64,000 nt of DNA from a virus: IMG/VR virus record IMGVR_UViG_3300033067_001533. The stretch is one strand, 5' to 3'. The position numbers and the translations under genes are program-made. Below are positions 37,893-46,673 of this stretch, in pieces; position 1 is the stretch's first letter, and each line of letters opens with the position of its first letter. The notes below the pieces were generated by a model. The model saw only the letters and a program-made list of their open reading frames with translations, was not told the DNA's origin and ran no database searches.

Positions 37893-38321
37893 TTAACTTC
37901 TATATATGCATTCTTTATTCTTATAAATACTTAACACACTTCCCTGGCCATGTGTGATTGCAAATTGATAGCCATAATAATCATATACTATTGAAGGAAA
38001 ATGATCAGTTAAGTCATCGACCGAGTCAATAAGGTTACCCTCAAAAGATACAAGTTCCCATAGTAGATTGGTAATATGTAATGGTCTTTCAGAATAGGTT
38101 TTATAATGACGAGCATCATAAATCTCCTGTTTCTTTAGAACTCTTTGCATTAATTGGTTGAATTCATCAACTGTCTTAAAATGTTCTTTGATTCGTTGTG
38201 CTCGAGCCCTTTCAATTGCATCTTTTTTAGCAAGTTTCTCAAAATAAATATCCATACTCTTTTGGCCTTCTGGACTTTTCATCCACTCTAATCCCTGTTT
38301 AAGGGTTTCATTTGCATTCAT
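37893..38321 (-). CDS. hypothetical protein
   Basis: ORF track. Confidence 0.4.
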   Translation of the reverse strand: MNANETLKQGLEWMKSPEGQKSMDIYFEKLAKKDAIERARAQRIKEHFKTVDEFNQLMQRVLKKQEIYDARHYKTYSERPLHITNLLWELVSFEGNLIDSVDDLTDHFPSIVYDYYGYQFAITHGQGSVLSIYKNKECIYRS

Positions 38322-38323
38322 AA

Positions 38324-38557
38324 TTATATTTTAAAAAGGTGACATGAATTAACTGATCTTTTGCGAGTTTGTGGTTTGAAAGATTCTTTTATTTCTCCAT
38401 AAGCCCCTGAACGCTCTTCAATATTTGTTAAAGTTACCTTTAGTTCATTTATTTTTTCAACGGTTCCTACTACTATTGTAACATGGCCGCTACTTTGTTG
38501 TGAATATCCATAACGATGTCCAATTTCGATTGGATTTCCTAGTGCATCTGTTGTCAT
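38324..38557 (-). CDS. hypothetical protein
   Basis: ORF track. Confidence 0.35.
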   Translation of the reverse strand: MTTDALGNPIEIGHRYGYSQQSSGHVTIVVGTVEKINELKVTLTNIEERSGAYGEIKESFKPQTRKRSVNSCHLFKI

Positions 38558-38560
38558 AAT

Positions 38561-38848
38561 TTACATTTTAAATCGTTTCAAAACTTTCATTTTATCAATT
38601 TGATATGCCAAATCTTCATAAGATTTAGTAGCATAAATAACTTGATTTGTTTTGGCATCCATCATTACTCTGTCATATTCTCCAGTTTCTTTGCATCTTG
38701 TAACAAAACAGTGGATATTTTTTAGAGCATCTTTATGGAGACCATTATCCGTTTGTGCATAATTTGTATTGATTTTATCATGGAACCATTCATGTGTTCC
38801 AGACTCAAAATATAAGCCATCCATTTCTAAGATTTTGTTTCTACTCAT
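38561..38848 (-). CDS. hypothetical protein
   Basis: ORF track. Confidence 0.35.
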   Translation of the reverse strand: MSRNKILEMDGLYFESGTHEWFHDKINTNYAQTDNGLHKDALKNIHCFVTRCKETGEYDRVMMDAKTNQVIYATKSYEDLAYQIDKMKVLKRFKM

Positions 38849-39156
38849 CGTCTCCGGATTTTGAAGTCCATTGTGGAGTAAATACTAATGCCCATAACGG
38901 CCATCCTGAATTTGTGAAATAGCATGCAAAACCGATTAATGTAAAGAATGCTATAAATACTAATGATATTGAAAAATGTTTCATAGTTATTTTTTTAAGA
39001 ATTTAATAAGAAAGTTAATAACTGTACCAAAGATAATGCTAAACCATACTATTCCCATTTGAAACTTAAGGGTATTAACCTGTTCAAACATATAGAATGG
39101 AATAATTAAGACTTGAATTACCAGAAAAGTAATTAAGATTGCTGCAATAATATTTT

Positions 39157-39477
39157 TCATGATTTTATTTGTTTATTGTTAATTTCTTCTTTTTGAACTT
39201 CTATTAGGTTTTTAATTTCTTTTGGAATAATTACACCGGCAGATTCCATGTCCCTTATAGTTCTAAACATTGCATGATACAATATTCTTCTCTCTTTTTC
39301 TGGAATTTGTTTATCTTCAAATAAACACATCATAAAGACAAACATTTCAAAGTTTTTTCTAGATTCTTTATCACATATGCTTACGTTTATTTTTTTTAAT
39401 TCTTTAAAAGCAAAGACCGCGCAAATAGGAAATACTACTATAATAATGAATGATACTATTATGTTTAAATATTCCAT
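39157..39477 (-). CDS. membrane protein (N-terminal TM)
   Basis: IVSFIIIVVFPICAVFAF. Confidence 0.35.
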   Translation of the reverse strand: MEYLNIIVSFIIIVVFPICAVFAFKELKKINVSICDKESRKNFEMFVFMMCLFEDKQIPEKERRILYHAMFRTIRDMESAGVIIPKEIKNLIEVQKEEINNKQIKS

Positions 39478-39485
39478 GTTTGTCT

Positions 39486-39890
39486 TTATTTATTAATGAT
39501 TACGTGAAATTTTTTGTCTGAAGATGCTATTAAATCATCAACATATGCCTGAGCTTCTTCATTTGAATCAAAGTACATTCCCAAAGTATGCCTGTAACTT
39601 AAATAAATTACAACATGTGCTTTATTATGAATACGAAATGGTAATACTTTGAGCCAATCATAACCTTCAAAATGCGTTGATTGTTTTCTTTGATGTGGAT
39701 ATCGATCCATGCCATCTCCTTTGATGTAGTCATTCCAACCTGCTGGAATTTCAGGTTCCATACCGTATTTAAATCCTAAAAATGTTTTAGGACGTGCTGG
39801 AATTGAATCCATCCATCTCCATGATGTTTCTGTTTCATGTGTTATAGTAATTGACTGTACTTTGTCTAATTCGAAATAATATTTTTTCAT
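39486..39890 (-). CDS. hypothetical protein
   Basis: ORF track. Confidence 0.4.
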   Translation of the reverse strand: MKKYYFELDKVQSITITHETETSWRWMDSIPARPKTFLGFKYGMEPEIPAGWNDYIKGDGMDRYPHQRKQSTHFEGYDWLKVLPFRIHNKAHVVIYLSYRHTLGMYFDSNEEAQAYVDDLIASSDKKFHVIINK

Positions 39891-39900
39891 CTTTTTAATT

Positions 39901-40290
39901 TTAAAGTTCTATTGTGATAAATGTTCTTTGATATTCTATTAATTCAATTCCTTTGAATTTTAAATCTTTTACCCAATCAGATGGTTTAAATGTTAATAAA
40001 CGTTCTTTGATTACTTGAACCTGTTCTTTAGTAGGTTCTGAATCAAAGTAAATTACTACATCATGCGAGGTTGCTCCTTCATTTTGAGAACCTAAACCTA
40101 CAGGTCTTCTGGTTCCATTATCATCAGCTGGAGTATCAATTGATTGTTCAAATATTTCGGTGATTTCTTCATCTACATATTCTTTTCCGACTTCACATTC
40201 TCCAACAATTCCTGTTAAGTGAGCGCATAATTCGCGTTCAAAGTTACCAGCGTATTGGTTTGTTTTAATTACTATTGAATAGTTTGACAT
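39901..40290 (-). CDS. hypothetical protein
   Basis: ORF track. Confidence 0.4.
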   Translation of the reverse strand: MSNYSIVIKTNQYAGNFERELCAHLTGIVGECEVGKEYVDEEITEIFEQSIDTPADDNGTRRPVGLGSQNEGATSHDVVIYFDSEPTKEQVQVIKERLLTFKPSDWVKDLKFKGIELIEYQRTFITIEL

Positions 40291-40292
40291 TT

Positions 40293-40862
40293 TTATTTTT
40301 CTTTACGGGGTTCAACAAATAATTCTTGTAAAGTACAGAATAACTCATAGTTAGGGTCTGTAACATCTCCAAACCATCCAAGTTCTTGAATGAAGTTTGA
40401 GTTTTCTTTCTTATACATTTCAAACATTCTACTTCCAGTCATTTTAGAATATTGAACGTTTGCGATACGGTCACATAGTTTTACGAACACTGCACCTGGA
40501 GTTTCACGAATTCCTTTATAATAGGCAGCATTTGCACGTTCTTTACGGTTTTTACCTTTCTCATTAGTAACTGCATAAATAATTTCAGCAGCATAGCGTC
40601 CTAAAACTTCTCTAACATCATTGTAAGATACTCTAGTGTCTTCAATTAAATCATGACCCCATGCTCCTAAGATAACTCCATCTCTAAAAGATTCTTCACC
40701 ATCATTAGAATCCGGAAGCAAATATAAATATTTTGCAGCGGTCGCAACTACCATTCTTAAATGGAATTCATATGGAAGATACTCATCATATTTATGATTT
40801 GTATCGGAATGCTGCTTCATAATCCATTTTAATTTACTAGCATTTGACATTGTTTTTTCCAT
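40293..40862 (-). CDS. HD-domain phosphohydrolase of the RelA/SpoT (Mesh1/SAH-like (p)ppGpp hydrolase) type
   Basis: ILGAWGHDLIEDT matches the SpoT/Mesh1 HDxxEDT signature; upstream His-containing helix present. Confidence 0.55.
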   Translation of the reverse strand: MEKTMSNASKLKWIMKQHSDTNHKYDEYLPYEFHLRMVVATAAKYLYLLPDSNDGEESFRDGVILGAWGHDLIEDTRVSYNDVREVLGRYAAEIIYAVTNEKGKNRKERANAAYYKGIRETPGAVFVKLCDRIANVQYSKMTGSRMFEMYKKENSNFIQELGWFGDVTDPNYELFCTLQELFVEPRKEK

Positions 40863-40863
40863 C

Positions 40864-41118
40864 TTAGTAAGTATTAGTGATTTGACTTGTTAATATTCTT
40901 GAATCATCTTCTTGTGATTCTATTCCTAAAGAGATTGATTTACCATAAGCAATTACTTTAATGATAGTTTCTCCGTAACTATCAACTTCTGTTGTAAATC
41001 TTACGAAACCTGCACCGGTGCATCTTTTATTAAATCCAACCATGACACTGTGTTGGATTGCTGCTGAGAATATGATTGCACATCCATCAACTATTACGTA
41101 TTTTGCTGGGCTTAACAT
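40864..41118 (-). CDS. hypothetical protein
   Basis: ORF track. Confidence 0.35.
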   Translation of the reverse strand: MLSPAKYVIVDGCAIIFSAAIQHSVMVGFNKRCTGAGFVRFTTEVDSYGETIIKVIAYGKSISLGIESQEDDSRILTSQITNTY

Positions 41119-41528
41119 GTTTCCTTTGTTTTAACAATTTCTATTAGTTTCTTTAAACATTCAAGTTCTGCTTCTTCGTAAGTTCCGACTTTAGGGTCTT
41201 TGTTAAACTCTTCTAATGTTCTTTGTTTAACATATTCTGTACCTGATAAGGACATATCATAAACATGGCAATCAAATTGTTTTACATTAGGTCTGAATCC
41301 AATAAATCCTTTTAAATTGTATTTCTCTCTAAACCATCTAAATGCTTGCGAGAATGTTGGTGCTATACAAGCTGAAGAACCTTTAGGGTATTGACCTTCT
41401 CCTGAAAAATCAAGTGTTAATATCCATTCATTACCTTGGCGTGTATTATACTGTGCAAGTGTTCTTCTATTAAACCCTAATTCTTTTAAAGCTAATGCTT
41501 CTTCGTAAGGTATAAATTCTTTTTCCAT
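41112..41528 (-). CDS. hypothetical protein, paralog of 4169..4570
   Basis: Shared MEKEFIPYE / APTFSQAFRWFREKYNL / ECLKKLIEIVK blocks. Confidence 0.5.
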   Translation of the reverse strand: MEKEFIPYEEALALKELGFNRRTLAQYNTRQGNEWILTLDFSGEGQYPKGSSACIAPTFSQAFRWFREKYNLKGFIGFRPNVKQFDCHVYDMSLSGTEYVKQRTLEEFNKDPKVGTYEEAELECLKKLIEIVKTKETC

Positions 41529-41529
41529 C

Positions 41530-41868
41530 TTACTTAACCTCTATAATGTTAGGATATTCACTTGCCCATCCAATACGATAACCTGAAGTCTTGATTGTAT
41601 ATGTAGAATCTTGTTTGATTTTACCATATACATCACTTGAATAATAGTTACCTCGTAACATATCATCTTCTAATTTGAATGTACCTTTATCAGTATACAC
41701 AACATAAAATGACGTGATTGTTTTTCCAGATTGTTCTGTGATTCTTTCCTTACCTTCTACCTTTATGGTATGCGTTTCGACATGATTGTATGCCTTAACG
41801 TTAAAATAAATAGCTGCAATGATAAATGCTGCAAATAATCCAATAAATAATTTACCTAGTGTATTCAT
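41530..41868 (-). CDS. membrane-anchored protein (N-terminal TM)
   Basis: LFIGLFAAFIIAAIYF. Confidence 0.4.
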   Translation of the reverse strand: MNTLGKLFIGLFAAFIIAAIYFNVKAYNHVETHTIKVEGKERITEQSGKTITSFYVVYTDKGTFKLEDDMLRGNYYSSDVYGKIKQDSTYTIKTSGYRIGWASEYPNIIEVK

Positions 41869-41883
41869 TTTTATATGTTTTAA

Positions 41884-41952
41884 AATTATAATGTAAATAT
41901 AACTATAATATTTGACCCGTGAAAATTTATTTACAAAAAGTTATTAACAATT
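41884..41952 (-). promoter_or_regulatory. conserved promoter element (GTTATTAACA module)
   Basis: attataatgtaaatataactataatatttgacccgtgaaaatttatttacaaaaagttattaacaatt. Confidence 0.5.
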
Positions 41953-42187
41953 AGTTAATATTTTCTTGATATGATGTTTTACCAACTGTTTGATTTGAGA
42001 TAGTTTCTCCCCTTGAAGTAAAATAGTGATAATCCCCTTTATCAAAGAATCTATAAACTTTGATACTATCCTTTTCAAATAAAAGGGTTGTTTGATGTAA
42101 TTCAGCTGGAGTTTTACTTCCTGCTGTTCTTTCTTCACAAGAAACTAAAAGGAGTCCAATAACTAATAGTGATAATGTTTTTTTCAT
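41951..42187 (-). CDS. small lipoprotein
   Basis: MKKTLSLLVIGLLLVSC signal/lipobox. Confidence 0.45.
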   Translation of the reverse strand: MKKTLSLLVIGLLLVSCEERTAGSKTPAELHQTTLLFEKDSIKVYRFFDKGDYHYFTSRGETISNQTVGKTSYQENIN

Positions 42188-42207
42188 GATTTTAAATGTT
42201 ATGTTTA

Positions 42208-42285
42208 ATTAAAGTGTAAATATAACCATTTCTGGTGACATGAAAAAATTTAATTACATTTATTTTTAAAAAGTTTCCCCGGATG
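42208..42285 (-). promoter_or_regulatory. conserved promoter element (variant)
   Basis: ttaaagtgtaaatataaccatttctggtgacatgaaaaaatttaattacatttatttttaaaaagtttcccc. Confidence 0.4.
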
Positions 42286-42519
42286 TTATTTTACCCTCAG
42301 GCTTAAAGACTTAAGTTATATTGACCTGGTAAAAATTTGTTTCAGTTATATAAATTATCTTTGTGAATAATATGTTAGAGATAGCCTAGAATTTGAAAAG
42401 TATGCAATCCCTGTATACCTCATTTTTAATATTAATACGACAGTGTTATGTTTTACAATAACATTAATGATGTCCTAGAAACACCTAAAAGAACCCATCC
42501 ATGTCTCAGTAGAAGGCAT

Positions 42520-42550
42520 AAAAAAACCAGGCGTATTTACCTGGTTTATA
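42520..42550 (-). terminator. rho-independent terminator downstream of 42559..42951
   Basis: Minus strand ACCAGG-TAAATACG-CCTGGT followed by TTTTTTTTAT. Confidence 0.5.
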
Positions 42551-42558
42551 ATTTGTAT

Positions 42559-42951
42559 CTATTCAAAAGATTCTCGTCCTTCACTATGTTCATCGCATAG
42601 AGTTGCAATCCAACCACCCTTTCTTGATGAGCCAAGTTCACCACATTTTTCACAAGTAATATAGGAAGCCGATTCAGCCAATTGAATACGCTGCCAAACT
42701 TCTTCACTACCACTATTAATATAGAATCGTAGACCTCCAAACTTTTCTTTAACTTGACAAATTTGTTTGTCCCATCCAAGTTCTATTAGGTCTTCAATTA
42801 ATCGTTTGATAATACCATACCAACCTTTATCACATGAAAAAAATCCAGCACTCTTAATTGGAGGTCTATCTGGATAAAATCCATTTTCCAATCCTCCAAT
42901 ACTTTCGAGGAATTGGTTCATTTCCTCATCAGTCATGTAATTATTATTCAT
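42559..42951 (-). CDS. hypothetical protein with Cys4 cluster
   Basis: CEKCG...CDEH; KFGGLRFY block. Confidence 0.4.
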   Translation of the reverse strand: MNNNYMTDEEMNQFLESIGGLENGFYPDRPPIKSAGFFSCDKGWYGIIKRLIEDLIELGWDKQICQVKEKFGGLRFYINSGSEEVWQRIQLAESASYITCEKCGELGSSRKGGWIATLCDEHSEGRESFE

Positions 42952-43139
42952 TATTTCTTATTTAAATGTTCATTAATTGATTTTTGCATCTCTGCAAATG
43001 CTGCTTTGATATTAGGGTCTAATTGCGCATTATACCGCAATCTGGCATCTTGGAAATTCTCAATTGGAGTTGTTGGATATTGCCATGTCCATCTAAAGAA
43101 GGCTCCAGTTGCATCGAAAAAAGCTTTAATCTTTTCCAT
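42951..43139 (-). CDS. hypothetical protein
   Basis: ORF track. Confidence 0.35.
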   Translation of the reverse strand: MEKIKAFFDATGAFFRWTWQYPTTPIENFQDARLRYNAQLDPNIKAAFAEMQKSINEHLNKK

Positions 43140-43552
43140 TATATAGTATGTTCAATTCTTACTCTTACGCAATTTTGAGGTAACCTATTGATATGTCGGT
43201 AATTATTAATGTAACCCATCATATTTGCACTTCCAATTGCATTCGCTGAATGAATCACAACATCAACGACTGGCTTACCGTCCATCCACTGTTCAACCAA
43301 CCATTTCGTGCAATCCATACCTGTCTTTTCGGTAATATTATCATAGTTCAATTCATAGTTATGATAAACGTTTCGTTGCCATTCTCGCATTGCAGTGTCT
43401 CCAAGGTCATGGTCTAATGAAATAAGTTCAATATTTTCCAACCCAATGTATGTTACAACATCAATGAATTGTTCATAGTTTCTCACAACAACCCAATTAG
43501 GGTCTGTTGGGGTTCTTACGTCATCTAAGTATATCTTTGTCTTTTGCATCAT
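43139..43552 (-). CDS. possible cyclic-phosphate-processing receiver-like (cREC-REC) domain protein
   Basis: KIYLDDVRTP.DPNWVVVRNYEQFIDVV...IELISLDHDLG pattern. Confidence 0.35.
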   Translation of the reverse strand: MMQKTKIYLDDVRTPTDPNWVVVRNYEQFIDVVTYIGLENIELISLDHDLGDTAMREWQRNVYHNYELNYDNITEKTGMDCTKWLVEQWMDGKPVVDVVIHSANAIGSANMMGYINNYRHINRLPQNCVRVRIEHTI

Positions 43553-43581
43553 ATTTATTATATGAATTTAATTTGATTTGT

Positions 43582-44343
43582 TTATTTCTTTTTAGATTGT
43601 TCAAACCATTCTTCAAATGTTAAATAATATAAATTTTCTGCATCACTTACTCCAACATTAATTCCAACTCCAAATGCTTCTTTCATATCTTCCTCACTAT
43701 ACATTCTTTCTTGTTGCCATTTAGCACCTTCTATAATTCCGTAAATAACACCTGCTTTAAAACTTGATTCTTCAAAATTATGTGCAATACGTTCAGCAGT
43801 TTCTTCAAGCGTTTCTTGTTTATCAAAATCAATAAACTCATAAGCATTACTTCTATTAGCTAACACTTCTTCTTTAGACATTACGTGTAACTCGTGTTTA
43901 AAATCTTCTTCTTTTGGAATGATTATTTTGTAATAATAAGTTTTGTCTTTTACTAACATAGGGCTATTGTCATCTTCATATTTAATAACCTCGACCTCTT
44001 CACAACTTGGGTTCTTTACAAACCATTCTAAAAACTCATCATCAATAGCTTGTACACCATCTTTGATTAAGTCTACATCTGTTGTTAAAATGATTTTACC
44101 TTTTTCTTTCTTGCGTTCTTTATATTCTGATGCACATGATATATAAGGTTTTTTATCGATTGTAACAGAATATGCAATAAAGTAATCTCCCTCTTTAATT
44201 TCTTCATCAGAAGTGATGTAGATGTTTTGATTAGATATTCCTAAATTTTTAGGGGCAGTTGTCAAATCTCCCAATCTTAGTTTTCCTTCCCAATAGTATA
44301 ACTTACTTTGTTTATCTGTTGGTAATATGTGTACGTTTTTCAT
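43582..44343 (-). CDS. hypothetical protein, MKNIH(I/V)LSTDKPSR paralog family copy 3
   Basis: MKNVHILPTDKQSKL...YITSDEEIKEGDYF...ILTTDVDLIKDGVQAIDDEFLEWFVKNPSCEEVEV. Confidence 0.5.
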   Translation of the reverse strand: MKNVHILPTDKQSKLYYWEGKLRLGDLTTAPKNLGISNQNIYITSDEEIKEGDYFIAYSVTIDKKPYISCASEYKERKKEKGKIILTTDVDLIKDGVQAIDDEFLEWFVKNPSCEEVEVIKYEDDNSPMLVKDKTYYYKIIIPKEEDFKHELHVMSKEEVLANRSNAYEFIDFDKQETLEETAERIAHNFEESSFKAGVIYGIIEGAKWQQERMYSEEDMKEAFGVGINVGVSDAENLYYLTFEEWFEQSKKK

Positions 44344-44347
44344 AATT

Positions 44348-45082
44348 TTATTGTTTAAAGGTTGGCATTAACCACATTCCATCTTTAAAGATTAATTCTA
44401 AAAATCCTGGAATAATCTCATCAACATCCATCAAGAGTCTAAAACTTCTAACTGTATTAAATCTCATCATCTTGTCAATTTCCTCTCTGATTCTTTGGCC
44501 ACTTACTGTTTGTTCAAGTTTCTTTAAGATGTTTGGTTGTTTCATTGCTTCCCATATATCGTCGCTCATCACAAAATCCTTTGTGATTGTAAATCTTAGG
44601 GCTCTTAGGATGCGTAATGGGTCATCCATCATTGTAACGTTAGCATCCATTGGAGTTCTTAGTACGCCAATCTTTAAATCTTCAATACCACCAAAAAGAT
44701 CGATAATGTTTCCATCGATATCTTCTGCAAGCGCATTTAGGGTAAAGTCTCTGCGTAGTAAATCATCTTCAAGAGTACCTAATTCTAAAATAGGTCGGCG
44801 GGTACCTTCAACGTATCCGACCTCTTTACGGGCCATTACAAAATCTGCAACTAATCCAGTAAACTGGTGGTCCTTTGGAAATTTGGCACGAATTGTAAAA
44901 CAATCTGGAGTACTTAAGAATATCTCAAATCCATTAACTGTCATCCAATCTGTCATGATTTCAAATCCGCTCTCTACTGTCCGATTTAAGTCATCTAACA
45001 CAAATGTGAAATCTATGTCCTTTGAGTCAATGCCAAGGAATTTATCCCTGATGCAACCTCCGACGCGATAGATATGTGGCAT
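44348..45082 (-). CDS. tRNA nucleotidyltransferase (CCA-adding enzyme) / poly(A) polymerase head-domain protein
   Basis: HIYRVGGCIRDKFLGIDSKDIDF matches GGxVRDxLLGxxxxDxD class II nucleotidyltransferase motif. Confidence 0.6.
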   Translation of the reverse strand: MPHIYRVGGCIRDKFLGIDSKDIDFTFVLDDLNRTVESGFEIMTDWMTVNGFEIFLSTPDCFTIRAKFPKDHQFTGLVADFVMARKEVGYVEGTRRPILELGTLEDDLLRRDFTLNALAEDIDGNIIDLFGGIEDLKIGVLRTPMDANVTMMDDPLRILRALRFTITKDFVMSDDIWEAMKQPNILKKLEQTVSGQRIREEIDKMMRFNTVRSFRLLMDVDEIIPGFLELIFKDGMWLMPTFKQ

Positions 45083-45408
45083 TAGAATGGAAGATTAAAT
45101 AGGGCACGTGGAGCCCCTACGTTATACATTAATTTCGCAAAGAATTTAAAACCTTTGTATGAAATTCCATCTGCACTTCCAATAGCTCTCATCAAATCAT
45201 TATCTACGAATGCTTGTACAAATCCACCGCCAGGATAACCGACTCCCCATTTTGTACAAAGGATTGAAGTACCGATATTAATGATGTGCGCTTTTTCATC
45301 TTCAGATAATTTTTCTAAAGTTAACCATCCAATAGTACCTCCTGCATTTTCATTAAAATACCCGGTTACTAATTCTTTAACTAATTTTATTTGATTTTCT
45401 GTAGTCAT
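45082..45408 (-). CDS. hypothetical protein
   Basis: ORF track. Confidence 0.4.
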   Translation of the reverse strand: MTTENQIKLVKELVTGYFNENAGGTIGWLTLEKLSEDEKAHIINIGTSILCTKWGVGYPGGGFVQAFVDNDLMRAIGSADGISYKGFKFFAKLMYNVGAPRALFNLPF

Positions 45409-45421
45409 AATATGTTTGTTT

Positions 45422-45500
45422 TAATTATAGTGTAAATATAAACAAAAAAAGCCAAACAAAAAAATGTTTGGCTAATTATTTTCAAAAAGTTATTAACAGT
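45422..45500 (-). promoter_or_regulatory. promoter core + embedded terminator hairpin (GCCAAACA-A7-TGTTTGGC) + GTTATTAACAG module
   Basis: ttatagtgtaaatataaacaaaaaaagccaaacaaaaaaatgtttggctaattattttcaaaaagttattaacag. Confidence 0.5.
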
Positions 45501-45501
45501 A

Positions 45502-45927
45502 TTAGTCTTCGTTAAATGCTACAATATCTGCTGGATTTATTTCTAAAAGTTCCTTCATTGTATAAGTATACATAGATTCATCCGTTGTAAAAATTACATC
45601 TTTAGTTGAAGATATTATCACCTCACTACATGATGATGGATTATAAAGTCTTTTATCACCTTGTGCTTCCATTGGTAGAAAAATATCATCAGTATGCTTA
45701 ATTTCATGCTTCCATTTTTTTTCTGGACATGAATTTACTGGTGAATATATTTTACCGGTAAGAGGACAATTACATGCAGCACAATAATTAAACTTTAGTT
45801 CATCATTGTATGTTTTATGTTCACATCCATCGCATGTTATAGATCTTAACAATGCACGGTCCTTTTGATAATCCGATGGATTCAATGCTGTAATCCATGC
45901 CTTTGCTATTTCTTCTAGTTTTTTCAT
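45502..45927 (-). CDS. Cys-rich hypothetical protein
   Basis: CDGCEH...CAACNC...C. Confidence 0.4.
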   Translation of the reverse strand: MKKLEEIAKAWITALNPSDYQKDRALLRSITCDGCEHKTYNDELKFNYCAACNCPLTGKIYSPVNSCPEKKWKHEIKHTDDIFLPMEAQGDKRLYNPSSCSEVIISSTKDVIFTTDESMYTYTMKELLEINPADIVAFNED

Positions 45928-45939
45928 GTTTAATATAGA

Positions 45940-46182
45940 TTAAAATCCAAATGCCATGATTGCGGCTTTTACTTCTTCCTTTTTAGTTAAAAATTCTTCC
46001 TCAGTTATTTCTGTGAAAAAACCTTCCTCTACTTTAATTACAGTCATTAAGCCGAATGTACTTTCGTCTAATACATTATATACGATTCTTTTGCTATTAG
46101 CATCGTCCCATACAGATAATGACTCCTTTGTTTCAGTGTTAATTTTAATTACACCAATTTCAGATTTTAAATATTTCATCAT
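45940..46182 (-). CDS. hypothetical protein
   Basis: ORF track. Confidence 0.35.
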   Translation of the reverse strand: MMKYLKSEIGVIKINTETKESLSVWDDANSKRIVYNVLDESTFGLMTVIKVEEGFFTEITEEEFLTKKEEVKAAIMAFGF

Positions 46183-46210
46183 AATTTTTATATTTTTATT
46201 TAGTTATTTA

Positions 46211-46597
46211 TTATTGAGCTGCTCCTCCCCCACCACAATCATAATATCCATATACCCAACATGGTTCTGGATAAATTCCACAAGGATCTCCGGGATATGA
46301 TGTACAATAGTATGCTCCTCCACATCCACAGGCAGACGAATTGTATTGATAGCTATAGTAGTATCCACAGTTTCCATCATGGTATCTATAAACTAATGTA
46401 CATCCTTCACAATATTGTGTGTCATAAGACCACGCTGGTGGACAGTTATTATAATTGTAAAATTCGCTCATTGCGTCTTGTGGACTGAATCCAACATGAG
46501 CTGATAAACCTCTTAAGCTTATATTAGAAAGCGGGCGGTTAAGGTGGTTTGCAATTTGCCACATAGTTAATTGCCCAGATCCTGGTAGTGTAGCCAT
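46211..46597 (-). CDS. Cys/Tyr/Gly-rich small protein (locally higher GC)
   Basis: CGYYYSYQYNSSACGCGGAYYCTSYPGDPCGIYPEPCWVYGYYDCGGGG. Confidence 0.3.
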   Translation of the reverse strand: MATLPGSGQLTMWQIANHLNRPLSNISLRGLSAHVGFSPQDAMSEFYNYNNCPPAWSYDTQYCEGCTLVYRYHDGNCGYYYSYQYNSSACGCGGAYYCTSYPGDPCGIYPEPCWVYGYYDCGGGGAAQ

Positions 46598-46673
46598 ATT
46601 ATTAGTATATTTTTATTCTATATATCTATATTATTGTTAAGTATCTGCCACCACACTGAATAATATTATAATA

